Shown here: positions 55,331 through 63,905 of the stretch, in pieces
Layout of the letters: the number at the start of each line of letters is the position of its first letter
Position numbering within the stretch: position 1 is the first letter of the stretch
Source of the DNA: a virus
Virus record (IMG/VR): IMGVR_UViG_3300017781_004450
Span: 13,088-77,087 of that record
Strand: one strand, 5' to 3'
Length of the DNA stretch: 64,000 nt
Program-made: the position numbers and the translations under genes
Notes under the pieces: model-generated
Database searches by the model: none
Told to the model about the DNA's origin: nothing
What the model saw: the letters and a program-made list of their open reading frames with translations, nothing else

Positions 55331-56492
55331 GGGTAGAGTAATTAACTTTGAATGGATGCGTGATTATAATCATTGGTCAGCAGAAGATTTCAATGTACTT
55401 AGAACAAAGTTAATTAATAAAGAAATTGATCAAGCAGCAGCAGACGGCTGTAATATAATAGTGGGCATATACCTACTTGATGGATTCTTACACCCTAAGG
55501 CTGGACTTACAGATTTCCTTCAACATATATCTGATATCAAAGATCATGCAACAAGCAAAGGTATAGAGCAGATGTATATTGTAAGTGGGCAAGGAGAAAC
55601 TATAGAAGGATTGCCAGTTCCATTTTTCTTTTTTGATTATAATGTAAGAATGATATACAATAGTTACAAAAATACACAGCACCCTTACTATAATCCAAAC
55701 AACAATAAGTTTTTATTTTTAACAGGAATGCCTAATAGAGAAAATAGAATAGGACTTATGAGCAAGTTTTATGATGCAGGTATGTTGAATAAAGCAGAGT
55801 GGACATTCTTTCCTCCTTGGACTGAACTAGATAAAGAATGGTGTAGAAACTGTTTATCTCATTACACAGACAAACAATATAATAAATTTTTAATAGACTG
55901 CAAACGTTCTTTTGATGGAAGGTTTGAAACAGCCAAGGACTTCTATGGTTCTTATAATCAAGACACTGATATAGTTTGGCACGATGTTATTGATACTGAT
56001 TGGGTCAAAGCACCTGCACACATTGATACTAGTGTGTTTACCAATACACTGTTTAGTATAGTAAGTGAAGGTCCAAACTATTGGGACGATGACAATGCAT
56101 TTGCAACAGAAAAGTCTTGGCGTTGCTTTTACCTTAGACATCCATTTATATTTGCAGGACATCCTGATCAGTTCCAATACTTAAAAGACTTAGGCTACAG
56201 AACGTTTGAAGAATACTTGCCTATACCAGACTATTATAAACTACCGAATGAAAACGATAGAAACAATGCAATTGTAGAAAATGCAAAGTATCTATTAGAG
56301 CATAGAGAACATGACGATGACATACGTTTAGACACTGAAGAAAATTACTTGCAGTTTCTTAAGCATGTTATAACGCAGGATAACTTACTTGCCAAGTTTA
56401 AAGACGAGTTTAATATTCCTAAAGAAGAATTAGATTACTACTTCGAAGGCTTAGGATACACACAACTTATTAGGAGATTACCTAATGACTAA
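55323..56492 (+). CDS. hypothetical, glycosyltransferase-like; tandem paralog of the previous gene
   Basis: FLFLTG..R.NRIGLMSKFYDAGML, FSIVSEGPN, ATEKSWR...HPFIFAG. Confidence 0.55.
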   Translation: MNKGRVINFEWMRDYNHWSAEDFNVLRTKLINKEIDQAAADGCNIIVGIYLLDGFLHPKAGLTDFLQHISDIKDHATSKGIEQMYIVSGQGETIEGLPVPFFFFDYNVRMIYNSYKNTQHPYYNPNNNKFLFLTGMPNRENRIGLMSKFYDAGMLNKAEWTFFPPWTELDKEWCRNCLSHYTDKQYNKFLIDCKRSFDGRFETAKDFYGSYNQDTDIVWHDVIDTDWVKAPAHIDTSVFTNTLFSIVSEGPNYWDDDNAFATEKSWRCFYLRHPFIFAGHPDQFQYLKDLGYRTFEEYLPIPDYYKLPNENDRNNAIVENAKYLLEHREHDDDIRLDTEENYLQFLKHVITQDNLLAKFKDEFNIPKEELDYYFEGLGYTQLIRRLPND

Positions 56493-57402
56493 GTGTGCAG
56501 CATTTTGGAAACATACTAATATACGTGGTGATAACAGAGTATTTCCGTGTTGTAGATACAAAGCACCTGTAACAACATTTAAAGGTAGCCTTGAAGATGT
56601 ACTACAATCAGAAGAGTATGTAAAGTTAAGGAACACTGATGTGTCAACTTTATGGGAATGTTCGAAGTGTATGTATGAAGAAAAGAACGGCAAAGAAAGT
56701 TTACGCCAACGCATGAACAAAGAATATGATACTGATACTGTTGGCTTAGAATACTTAGAGATAGGCTTTGATAATATATGTAATCTAACATGTGATGGCT
56801 GTTGGAGCGAGTTTAGTTCAGCATGGGCTAAGAAAGAAACAGGAGTTGCAAAGTATACAAGTGTTGATGAAATAGAAACAGTTCCGGACACTGTAAAGAA
56901 AGTATTGTTTCTTGGTGGTGAACCTTTAATGACAAAAAGGCATCAACAGTTCCTTGAAAAGATTAATAATCCTAAACAAGTTGAAGTAATATATAACACT
57001 AACGGAACTTTCCTTTTAAAAGACGATGTTATAGAACTGTTAGAAAAATTTAAAAAGGTACACTTTATATTAAGTATTGATGCTGTCGGACCATTAAATG
57101 AAATAGTTCGTAGTGGAAGTAAATGGCCTGACATACTAAAATTTATAGAACAAATTAAAAAGTTAGGATATGGACTTGAAGTTAACAGTGTATTACACTT
57201 GAACAATTGGCATGGTATTGCTGATTTAGAAAAGTTTGTTAACAGCATTACTCCCATATGGACAGTTAATGTTTTAACATATCCAAAGCGTCTTAACATT
57301 ACTAACTATACAAACAAGCAAGAAATAATAGACTTAGTCAAGCAAACAGAGATACCAAACAAGGAATATGTTGTTAACCATTTATCGCAATCAAATGTAT
57401 AA
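56485..57402 (+). CDS. radical SAM enzyme with N-terminal SPASM/Twitch-like domain
   Basis: KCAAFW..FPCC..CSKC precedes CNLTCDGC; LGGEP. Confidence 0.9.
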   Translation: MTKCAAFWKHTNIRGDNRVFPCCRYKAPVTTFKGSLEDVLQSEEYVKLRNTDVSTLWECSKCMYEEKNGKESLRQRMNKEYDTDTVGLEYLEIGFDNICNLTCDGCWSEFSSAWAKKETGVAKYTSVDEIETVPDTVKKVLFLGGEPLMTKRHQQFLEKINNPKQVEVIYNTNGTFLLKDDVIELLEKFKKVHFILSIDAVGPLNEIVRSGSKWPDILKFIEQIKKLGYGLEVNSVLHLNNWHGIADLEKFVNSITPIWTVNVLTYPKRLNITNYTNKQEIIDLVKQTEIPNKEYVVNHLSQSNV

Positions 57403-57410
57403 CCACCCGA

Positions 57411-57416
57411 TAAATA
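57411..57416 (+). promoter_or_regulatory. late TAAATA box (leadered) for the amidinotransferase operon
   Basis: TAAATA 27 nt before ATG 57444, with an AGAAGG SD-like element. Confidence 0.6.
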
Positions 57417-57443
57417 TACACACATAATAGAAGAAGGCAAAAA

Positions 57444-58496
57444 ATGAAAGTATCGACACATAATCACTGGGATCCCTTAGAAGAAATAGTAGTTGGAATC
57501 GCTGACCATGCAAGAGTTCCTACTGTAGATCGTAGCACAATGAGCATGAGCTACACTAATCACCCAATGGATTTAATTAAGCCTTTAGAAGGTGAGTACC
57601 CAGAATGGCTTATTGATGAAGCCAACGAAGATTTACAAGGGTTAAGTGATGTACTAACCAAAGCAGGTGTAAAAGTACATAGACCTATTCCAATTGATCA
57701 TAGCGTAGAGTTCAGTACACCTGAATGGAAAACAACAGGTTGGTACACATGGTGCCCGAGAGACTTATTGCTACCTATGGACAACTTAGTTATTGAGACT
57801 CCAAGTGCATGTCGTGCAAGGCAGTATGAAACTAGAGCATATAGAAATGTGATGTTTGAAGCAATTGAAGATGGTGTTGAATGGATTTCTGCTCCTAAGC
57901 CTATACTACCAGATGAAGGTTATCAGTTTGAAGATATAGATGGTAAGCCTAGTTTACTAAACTTAGAACCGATCTTCGATGCACCTAACTGTGTGCGTTT
58001 AGGTAAAGACATATTATTCCAAATTAGTAACACAGGTAACCACTGGGGATTAAAATGGCTACAAAATGTATTAGAGCATAGAGGTTATCGTATACACCCT
58101 GCAGAACATATTTACAGTTACGGTCACTTCGACAGTACAATAGTACCTTTACGTCCTGGATTAGTATTACTAAACAGTTCAAGAGTAACCGCAGAAAACT
58201 GTCCTAGAGTATTTGAGAAGTGGGATAAAATTTGGTTTGATGATTGTATTGCACAAGGAAGTAAAATACCTGGAGGTGTTGCTCCTTGTAGCCCGTACAT
58301 AGGAATGAATATTTTAAGTGTTGATCACAATACTGTATGTGTAGATGACACACAAGAACCTTTGATGAGAGAATTAGACAAGCACGGTATTACAAGTGTA
58401 CCTATACGCTTTAGACATGCTATGACACTTAGTGGAGGATTGCACTGCGCTACACTAGACTTGCGTAGAAAAGGGGAGTTAGAAGATTATACATGA
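57444..58496 (+). CDS. amidinotransferase (glycine / inosamine-phosphate amidinotransferase, StrB1-like)
   Basis: HNHWDPLEEIVVG, CPRD, FDAPN, HFDST, GGLHCATLD (Asp-His-Cys triad). Confidence 0.9.
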   Translation: MKVSTHNHWDPLEEIVVGIADHARVPTVDRSTMSMSYTNHPMDLIKPLEGEYPEWLIDEANEDLQGLSDVLTKAGVKVHRPIPIDHSVEFSTPEWKTTGWYTWCPRDLLLPMDNLVIETPSACRARQYETRAYRNVMFEAIEDGVEWISAPKPILPDEGYQFEDIDGKPSLLNLEPIFDAPNCVRLGKDILFQISNTGNHWGLKWLQNVLEHRGYRIHPAEHIYSYGHFDSTIVPLRPGLVLLNSSRVTAENCPRVFEKWDKIWFDDCIAQGSKIPGGVAPCSPYIGMNILSVDHNTVCVDDTQEPLMRELDKHGITSVPIRFRHAMTLSGGLHCATLDLRRKGELEDYT

Positions 58497-58993
58497 TCAA
58501 GTTCGAGAAGAACATATCGGATTTCTGGTCCCAAGATCTTAAAGATTTTAAGTTTGCTGTTCTATCACCATTAACACAAGCTCAACGAGATCATTGGTCT
58601 CACCCTAATTACATCAATGAGCTAAACTCGTTAGAACAAGCATTTGACAATGACCTCCCAGAGTATTGGCCAAGGTTTATGGAAGAGTTGAATATTACCA
58701 ACGGAACAGTTTCGTGGACAAATATTGCTCCAGGTAATGTTGTTCCTGTACACACTGATAAATTTTATAAGTTAAGAAAAAAGTACGGTGTTGAAAGAGA
58801 CGAATGCATTCGTTACCTAATGTTCTTGCAAGATTGGGAAATGGGCCAAATGGTAGAGTTTGAAGAAAAAATTCTTACTAGATGGAAAAAGGGAGATGTA
58901 TGGAGTTTTGGGATTGATGATTCACATTGTGCCGCAAATGCTACACAAGATAATTTTATAACTTGCCAAATTAACACATTCGAAAGGAAGTAA
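58493..58993 (+). CDS. 2OG-Fe(II)/cupin oxygenase
   Basis: PGNVVPVHTD...SHCAANA. Confidence 0.72.
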   Translation: MIKFEKNISDFWSQDLKDFKFAVLSPLTQAQRDHWSHPNYINELNSLEQAFDNDLPEYWPRFMEELNITNGTVSWTNIAPGNVVPVHTDKFYKLRKKYGVERDECIRYLMFLQDWEMGQMVEFEEKILTRWKKGDVWSFGIDDSHCAANATQDNFITCQINTFERK

Positions 58994-58995
58994 CT

Positions 58996-60123
58996 ATGGA
59001 ACTAACTTCATTGCAGAAGGAATGGAATAATTGTACACTAGAATACGATCTAGAAAAATTCAACTGGCCTGCATGGGCGTTAGGTGTTGTACAAGAAGTA
59101 ACACCACAAGTTACTAAACTAGAAACATTACACGAAGTACTATCTCCTAAAGAAATTGTAACTGTTAGTAGGCATGTACAAAATGCATGTAGTCGTAAAG
59201 ACTTTATGGAACGCTTTGATGCTTTTGTTGCTGAATATATTCCGCAGCGTATCGACAATAAAAGATATATGATTCAGCGTCAAGGAACTTTACGTGTGGT
59301 TATTCCTAATCAAGCAAGTGTAGGACGAAGACTTGCTTTCCATCAAGGTATCTTTGTAGGTAATGGCAGAGGGTGTAGAACTATATGGACACCGTTTACA
59401 GAAGCACGTGGTACTAACACTATGTGGATGGTAGATGTAGAAAACAGTAGAAGAATTACAAAACAAATTATGGCTGAAAAATGGAGTTTGGAACAGATAG
59501 AAGATGAATGTTTAAAACATGCGTTTCCTATTACACTAAAGCCAGGACAAAGCCATTTGTTCTTTCAAGAGATGTTACATGGTAACGTAAACAACGAAGA
59601 AGGGTATACACGGGTAAGCATGGACATGCGTATCCTTATTGAAGGTGAAGAATACGGTAGAAGACATCCAGGTGGATTTATGCGTTTGCCAGGCGATCAC
59701 GAAGTTGCTGGGGAAGCAGACTATACAGGAAAGAGTGCTATAACATATGCAGGCTGGAATAGTAAGTTTTCAAATCAAATTCCGTTACCTATGCAAAGAG
59801 CAATCATTGAGCCATACTGCGTTAAAAACAAGATTGAATATACAAGTTACGAATTTGAAAACGAACACCTAGACTGGATGCCTGGTTTAGAGTTTTATAT
59901 TAATGAACAACCAGATGTTATTGTGCTATGCAGTATCTATTCGATGACAGATGATGTTGAAAGACGCAAAGAGCTTTTTAATCTAGCATTAGAGAAAGGT
60001 GTTGAACTACACTTTGCAAATGAACTGTGTTCTATAAAAACAGTTAATGACCTTGACAAAATTGAAACTTATCTCAACTTTGCTGTTGCTAAAAAAGATC
60101 CTTATGTTTGGGAATTAGTGTAA
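58996..60123 (+). CDS. StrG/PhyH-like oxygenase fused to an LIC12192-like ('sporadic carbohydrate cluster') domain
   Basis: TLRVVIP..AFHQG..TIWTP..LHGNVNN...RVSMDMR; C-terminus IPLPMQRAIIEPYC...IVLCSIYSM...LHFANE. Confidence 0.6.
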   Translation: MELTSLQKEWNNCTLEYDLEKFNWPAWALGVVQEVTPQVTKLETLHEVLSPKEIVTVSRHVQNACSRKDFMERFDAFVAEYIPQRIDNKRYMIQRQGTLRVVIPNQASVGRRLAFHQGIFVGNGRGCRTIWTPFTEARGTNTMWMVDVENSRRITKQIMAEKWSLEQIEDECLKHAFPITLKPGQSHLFFQEMLHGNVNNEEGYTRVSMDMRILIEGEEYGRRHPGGFMRLPGDHEVAGEADYTGKSAITYAGWNSKFSNQIPLPMQRAIIEPYCVKNKIEYTSYEFENEHLDWMPGLEFYINEQPDVIVLCSIYSMTDDVERRKELFNLALEKGVELHFANELCSIKTVNDLDKIETYLNFAVAKKDPYVWELV

Positions 60124-61629
60124 GTCTACCCAACTACTACCAGCATACGCTTGTATCTTAGTAGTATCTGTATTATAAATCATTTGACCGTTAACTGCTG
60201 TAAGAGCATTACGTTGTGCTGTTGTATATGATTTAAGTTGAGCTGGACCACCAAATATTGCTTCTTGCTTAGAGTTTATTACTAATGCTGACGTTGGTGT
60301 ACCTGCTGCGTTAGATGTAAAGTATTCTAATTTACCTGGTACAATTCCTGTACCAATAGTTCCTTCTGCACTTGCTACAAGTGCTGCTGCTGTTACGGAT
60401 GTATTTGCTGCGTCATGTCCAAAGTAGAACATACTCATAATCTCATCACCTGATGTAACAGTAGTTTGAGCACCATGTGAACCACGTGATCTTTCAAATA
60501 CCATTGCTGGTCCAAGTGCTGTGTTTACTGCACAGTTGATATTCATTAAAGAGTAATCATCGTCAGCGTTACCATCAGTAAGAATTTGAATACCTGCTTT
60601 TAAACTTGAAGTTGAACTTGTTCCTGATAAAACAACAACCTTACCATTAACATTTTCTGCTGTAGTTGTTGTGTTATCCACGTCCCCTGTGATTCTACTA
60701 GCAATACCATCTACTAGTATTGTACTATCATCACCTGATACTGTACCTTTTAAGTCACCAAAGAACGTATGGGCTGTAACAGTATTTTCCATACCATTAA
60801 CAATTACAGAACTGTTGTCACCAAATACGCTTCCTTTTAAGTCACCGTTTATTGATGCTGCTGTAACTGATGTTCCACTAATTGCGTTTGCACTAATAGA
60901 GTTGTTTGAAGTATTAACAATTGTGCTAGAGTCATCACCAATGATGTTTGCGTTTACGTTTGCTCCCGGTTCTGCAACACCGCCAAGTGTTAGTCCACCT
61001 ACTGTTGAACCTGCTGGAAGTTCAATAGCGCCACCGTTGTTTGTAATATTTGCACCATCAACTGATACACTGTTTTTAACATAAACGTTATTAAACATTG
61101 TGCCAGGTGCACCAACGTTATGTGTGTCTGCTGTACCAGGTACAATGTTATCTTTAACTGTGCCAGATAAGTTAATAGCACCTTCTACTGCGTTTACTAG
61201 TATAGTTGAGTCATCGCCAAATACAGAACCATTGTAGTCTGCTACAATTTTACCTTCAACAGTCAAGTTGCCATTAATTGTGCTGTTTCCAGTTACGTTC
61301 AATCCACCACTGCCAGTAATGTTGAATCCGTTTAAGTCTAAATTCTGTAGCAACTGCGGTTGATTTGCTGTTGCGGAAATTGTGTTGCCCCCATCGCTAT
61401 ATGTAAAACTAATACCTGTATTAGGGCCTGCTACAAGCATATTAGCAACTGCGTCTTGTGCATCTTCTGCATTAAATCCAGTTACTGCTTCTAAGTCTTT
61501 TAGTAAGGTTGTTCCGTCACCTACGTACAGTTTTGCTTGGTCTGTAATCCAAACCAACTCACCTGCTTGTGGTGCAGTTGCGAGCGTCTGGCGTTCAGCA
61601 TCGGTTCCTCTTCTTATCTGTAATGGCAT
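60115..61629 (-). CDS. tail fibre-like protein with Mtd/hyaluronidase-type N-terminal domain
   Basis: MPLQIRRGT...GELVWITDQAKLYVGDG; four GSVFGDDS-like repeats; C-terminus GQMIYNTDT...WVDLH. Confidence 0.75.
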   Translation of the reverse strand: MPLQIRRGTDAERQTLATAPQAGELVWITDQAKLYVGDGTTLLKDLEAVTGFNAEDAQDAVANMLVAGPNTGISFTYSDGGNTISATANQPQLLQNLDLNGFNITGSGGLNVTGNSTINGNLTVEGKIVADYNGSVFGDDSTILVNAVEGAINLSGTVKDNIVPGTADTHNVGAPGTMFNNVYVKNSVSVDGANITNNGGAIELPAGSTVGGLTLGGVAEPGANVNANIIGDDSSTIVNTSNNSISANAISGTSVTAASINGDLKGSVFGDNSSVIVNGMENTVTAHTFFGDLKGTVSGDDSTILVDGIASRITGDVDNTTTTAENVNGKVVVLSGTSSTSSLKAGIQILTDGNADDDYSLMNINCAVNTALGPAMVFERSRGSHGAQTTVTSGDEIMSMFYFGHDAANTSVTAAALVASAEGTIGTGIVPGKLEYFTSNAAGTPTSALVINSKQEAIFGGPAQLKSYTTAQRNALTAVNGQMIYNTDTTKIQAYAGSSWVDLH

Positions 61630-61669
61630 ATTCTTTTAAACTCCTGGCAATATTCGTTTCTATACTTAG

Positions 61670-61675
61670 TATTTA
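61670..61675 (-). promoter_or_regulatory. late TAAATA box (leadered, AGGAG SD) for the tail fibre gene
   Basis: tattta 61670-61675; ctcct 61641-61645. Confidence 0.65.
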
Positions 61676-61703
61676 TGCCTGTACGCTTATTCGTGCATAA
61701 TTC

Positions 61704-62276
61704 CTAAGTTGTGATTTCAACGTCTGCTGCTATTATATATCTATATTTATCACTTTGTGGCGCCGCGGGCCGATGCCAGTATTCGCTTGGGTATATTAAC
61801 CACGTATATTCGTCAGGTTTGACAAAGAATTTACCGTCATTATCGGGTCCGTTAGGAGCGAATTCTGTACCACATAGGTCTTTGTTCTGTACATCATCAG
61901 GTATTTCTAAGTACATAATACCGCTCATGTTTTTAGGCTCTGGTTTATGTTGATGATGGTGCCAAAGTCTTTCTCTATCTTCTGCACCTTCTTTATTTGT
62001 CATAAAACTCCAGGCTTGCATGTTACCTACTTGAACTTCACGTCCAAAGTACATAAACACACTAAACAAGAAGCTCATACGATACTTTAACCATAGCGGC
62101 TCTGGTCTACTAAAGATGTTTTCCTTTGTTTGATACTTAGGACTATTCTCCCAATAGTTACCACTCTCAATGATATGCTTAACAATAGCAATAGCATTCT
62201 GATTATCTTCAGCAGTTATAGTACTGCTAAAGTTAAACTTTTTAAATATTTCGTTTTGATCTATAACATTATTCAC
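61704..62276 (-). CDS. putative 2OG-Fe(II) oxygenase
   Basis: WHHHQH...SGIMYL...GTEF...YPSEYWHRP...RYIIAAD. Confidence 0.65.
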   Translation of the reverse strand: MNNVIDQNEIFKKFNFSSTITAEDNQNAIAIVKHIIESGNYWENSPKYQTKENIFSRPEPLWLKYRMSFLFSVFMYFGREVQVGNMQAWSFMTNKEGAEDRERLWHHHQHKPEPKNMSGIMYLEIPDDVQNKDLCGTEFAPNGPDNDGKFFVKPDEYTWLIYPSEYWHRPAAPQSDKYRYIIAADVEITT

Positions 62277-62995
62277 TGCACTATTCTTTTCTCTATTTGT
62301 TTCAGAATAAGTGATTTCATTCTACTATCTTTAAACCGTTTATACCTATCTGCTAACGGCACCCAAGATTCCCAACTAGTTGCTGTACTACATGCAACTG
62401 AATAGCGTTTAAGTTCTTCATTCATCTTAAAACGCACAAATTCTATAGGACGATCTGTGCCAAAACTAAAATAGCACAACGGCTCGTCTTTCTTAATTGT
62501 AAACTTTGATACATTAGGATCTAACATAAACTCTACATTAACAGCTCTAAACCATCTGCCAACATCATACCTTCCAGGTACAACAGTTGCAGTCTTTTGC
62601 CAAGGTGAATTATCAAACCACGGAGCAGTTAATGTACAATCTAGTTCGTCTGCTTCTGTAAAGAAGATGTAACGTAAACCATATTCTAAAAGTGTTTGAT
62701 CTTTTAGATTAGGTCCACGCACAACATTAGCAAATACACCTTGTTGTTTTTGAGGAGGGATTAAGTTTCCGTTGTCAAACTCAAAAGTAGATGTTAACGG
62801 ATTATTAAAAACAAGTGTATTCTTTGCTAGATTTTTATATGCAGGACAATAAAAGAAACTATCGTATTTGTCAATATCAGTCTTACGTTTGTATGACTTA
62901 TCAAATACAGTAGTAGGATCAGAATATAGCATATTCCAATCGATTCTACCTGCTTCGTAATCAGGCGCCCAGTATACTTTTAGGGCTTTAGCCAT
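62273..62995 (-). CDS. hypothetical phage protein
   Basis: 240 aa; CPA...PGRYDVGRWFR...DEPL. Confidence 0.7.
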   Translation of the reverse strand: MAKALKVYWAPDYEAGRIDWNMLYSDPTTVFDKSYKRKTDIDKYDSFFYCPAYKNLAKNTLVFNNPLTSTFEFDNGNLIPPQKQQGVFANVVRGPNLKDQTLLEYGLRYIFFTEADELDCTLTAPWFDNSPWQKTATVVPGRYDVGRWFRAVNVEFMLDPNVSKFTIKKDEPLCYFSFGTDRPIEFVRFKMNEELKRYSVACSTATSWESWVPLADRYKRFKDSRMKSLILKQIEKRIVQ

Positions 62996-63550
62996 TTACA
63001 GTAGTCCTTCTTGACCTAATACTGCAACGTTATCGTCTGTAATAGGAATCTCTGTCTTAACCATTAGTTCAAAGATTTCTTCTTCTAGTTGCTGTCTATT
63101 AATTTTTAAATTTGCTAACTCTGCTTTTGCTTGTTTGATTTGATCTAAAGAAACAACACCAGTTGAAACACTGCCTGTTACTTCTTTTAGATATCCTGCA
63201 AGTGCATCAGGATCTGTAAGCGGAACTGCTTTTGCAATTTGCTCTACCTGTGTAATCCTGTTATCAACAAATCCAATCTTTGCTTGTGCTGTAGTAATAC
63301 CACAACCTGCATTTGCTTGTGCAATTAGTGCCGCAATGTTATAATAGATAGTTAATAGTTTATTCCTACGCTCATCAGTCTTAAACAATAACTCGTTTGA
63401 GTCTTGTAAAGTTTTTACAATATCATCGTCTGTATTAACTTCTTTTGAAAACTCAAGAGTAATTGCATCAATATAACGCTTAATATTATTCTGTAAGTGT
63501 GTTGCTTTGCGGATGTTCATTTGCATCTGCTCGGTTGTTTTCTCTTCCAT
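62996..63550 (-). CDS. hypothetical coiled-coil protein
   Basis: 184 aa, GAGGAAGAG purine tract upstream. Confidence 0.7.
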   Translation of the reverse strand: MEEKTTEQMQMNIRKATHLQNNIKRYIDAITLEFSKEVNTDDDIVKTLQDSNELLFKTDERRNKLLTIYYNIAALIAQANAGCGITTAQAKIGFVDNRITQVEQIAKAVPLTDPDALAGYLKEVTGSVSTGVVSLDQIKQAKAELANLKINRQQLEEEIFELMVKTEIPITDDNVAVLGQEGLL

Positions 63551-63836
63551 ATTGCTCTTCCTCCTCTTGGAATCGTTTTGCCATTAATTCATCTTCAGCA
63601 CTTTTAATTTTACCGTTATAATGATCTTCGGTATAAAGCCCTAGTGCGATTTCCTTAATTGCTATTGTTGTTGTCTTTTGCCCTTTCTGATATTCAACTA
63701 CTGGTTTGGATCCCTGTTGTATTTCTCTTGCTCTTTTACTTGCCATTAAAACTAGCAAGTGTTGTGAATTTACTAAGTCGTGTGCCTGCTGGTGGTATCC
63801 GTATGCTTCTATTTGTTTATCATCAAGATCAGCCAT
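63486..63836 (-). CDS. rpoZ: RNA polymerase omega subunit homolog
   Basis: VNSQHLLVLMASKRAREIQQGSKPVV...KTTTIAIKEIALG matches RpoZ V.NRF.LVL.AA.RARQL..G..P.V....K.T.IAL.EI..G. Confidence 0.78.
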   Translation of the reverse strand: MADLDDKQIEAYGYHQQAHDLVNSQHLLVLMASKRAREIQQGSKPVVEYQKGQKTTTIAIKEIALGLYTEDHYNGKIKSAEDELMAKRFQEEEEQYGRENNRADANEHPQSNTLTE

Positions 63837-63872
63837 TAATTATCCTATCGTTATTATTGTTAATATAGTACA

Positions 63873-63901
63873 AGTATAACATATACCAATCTGGAAGTCA
63901 A
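63873..63901 (-). promoter_or_regulatory. sigma70-type promoter TTGACT-17-TATACT for the rpoZ-like operon
   Basis: agtcaa 63896-63901; agtata 63873-63878. Confidence 0.72.
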
Positions 63902-63905
63902 CACC

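Noticed and set aside
28984-57402. Naming individual radical SAM genes as queE, moaA or nrdG
   Set aside because: Family-specific motifs were not recognisable, and the extra Cys domains do not fit these families.
28984-60123. RiPP precursor peptide for the SPASM/Twitch radical SAM enzymes
   Set aside because: Intergenic gaps are only tens of bp and occupied by promoters. I saw no short precursor-like ORF or PqqD/RRE domain, so a classical RiPP cluster is unsupported here.
60115-61629. Mtd-like N-terminus suggesting a diversity-generating retroelement
   Set aside because: No reverse transcriptase and no TR/VR pair differing at adenines was seen in the window.
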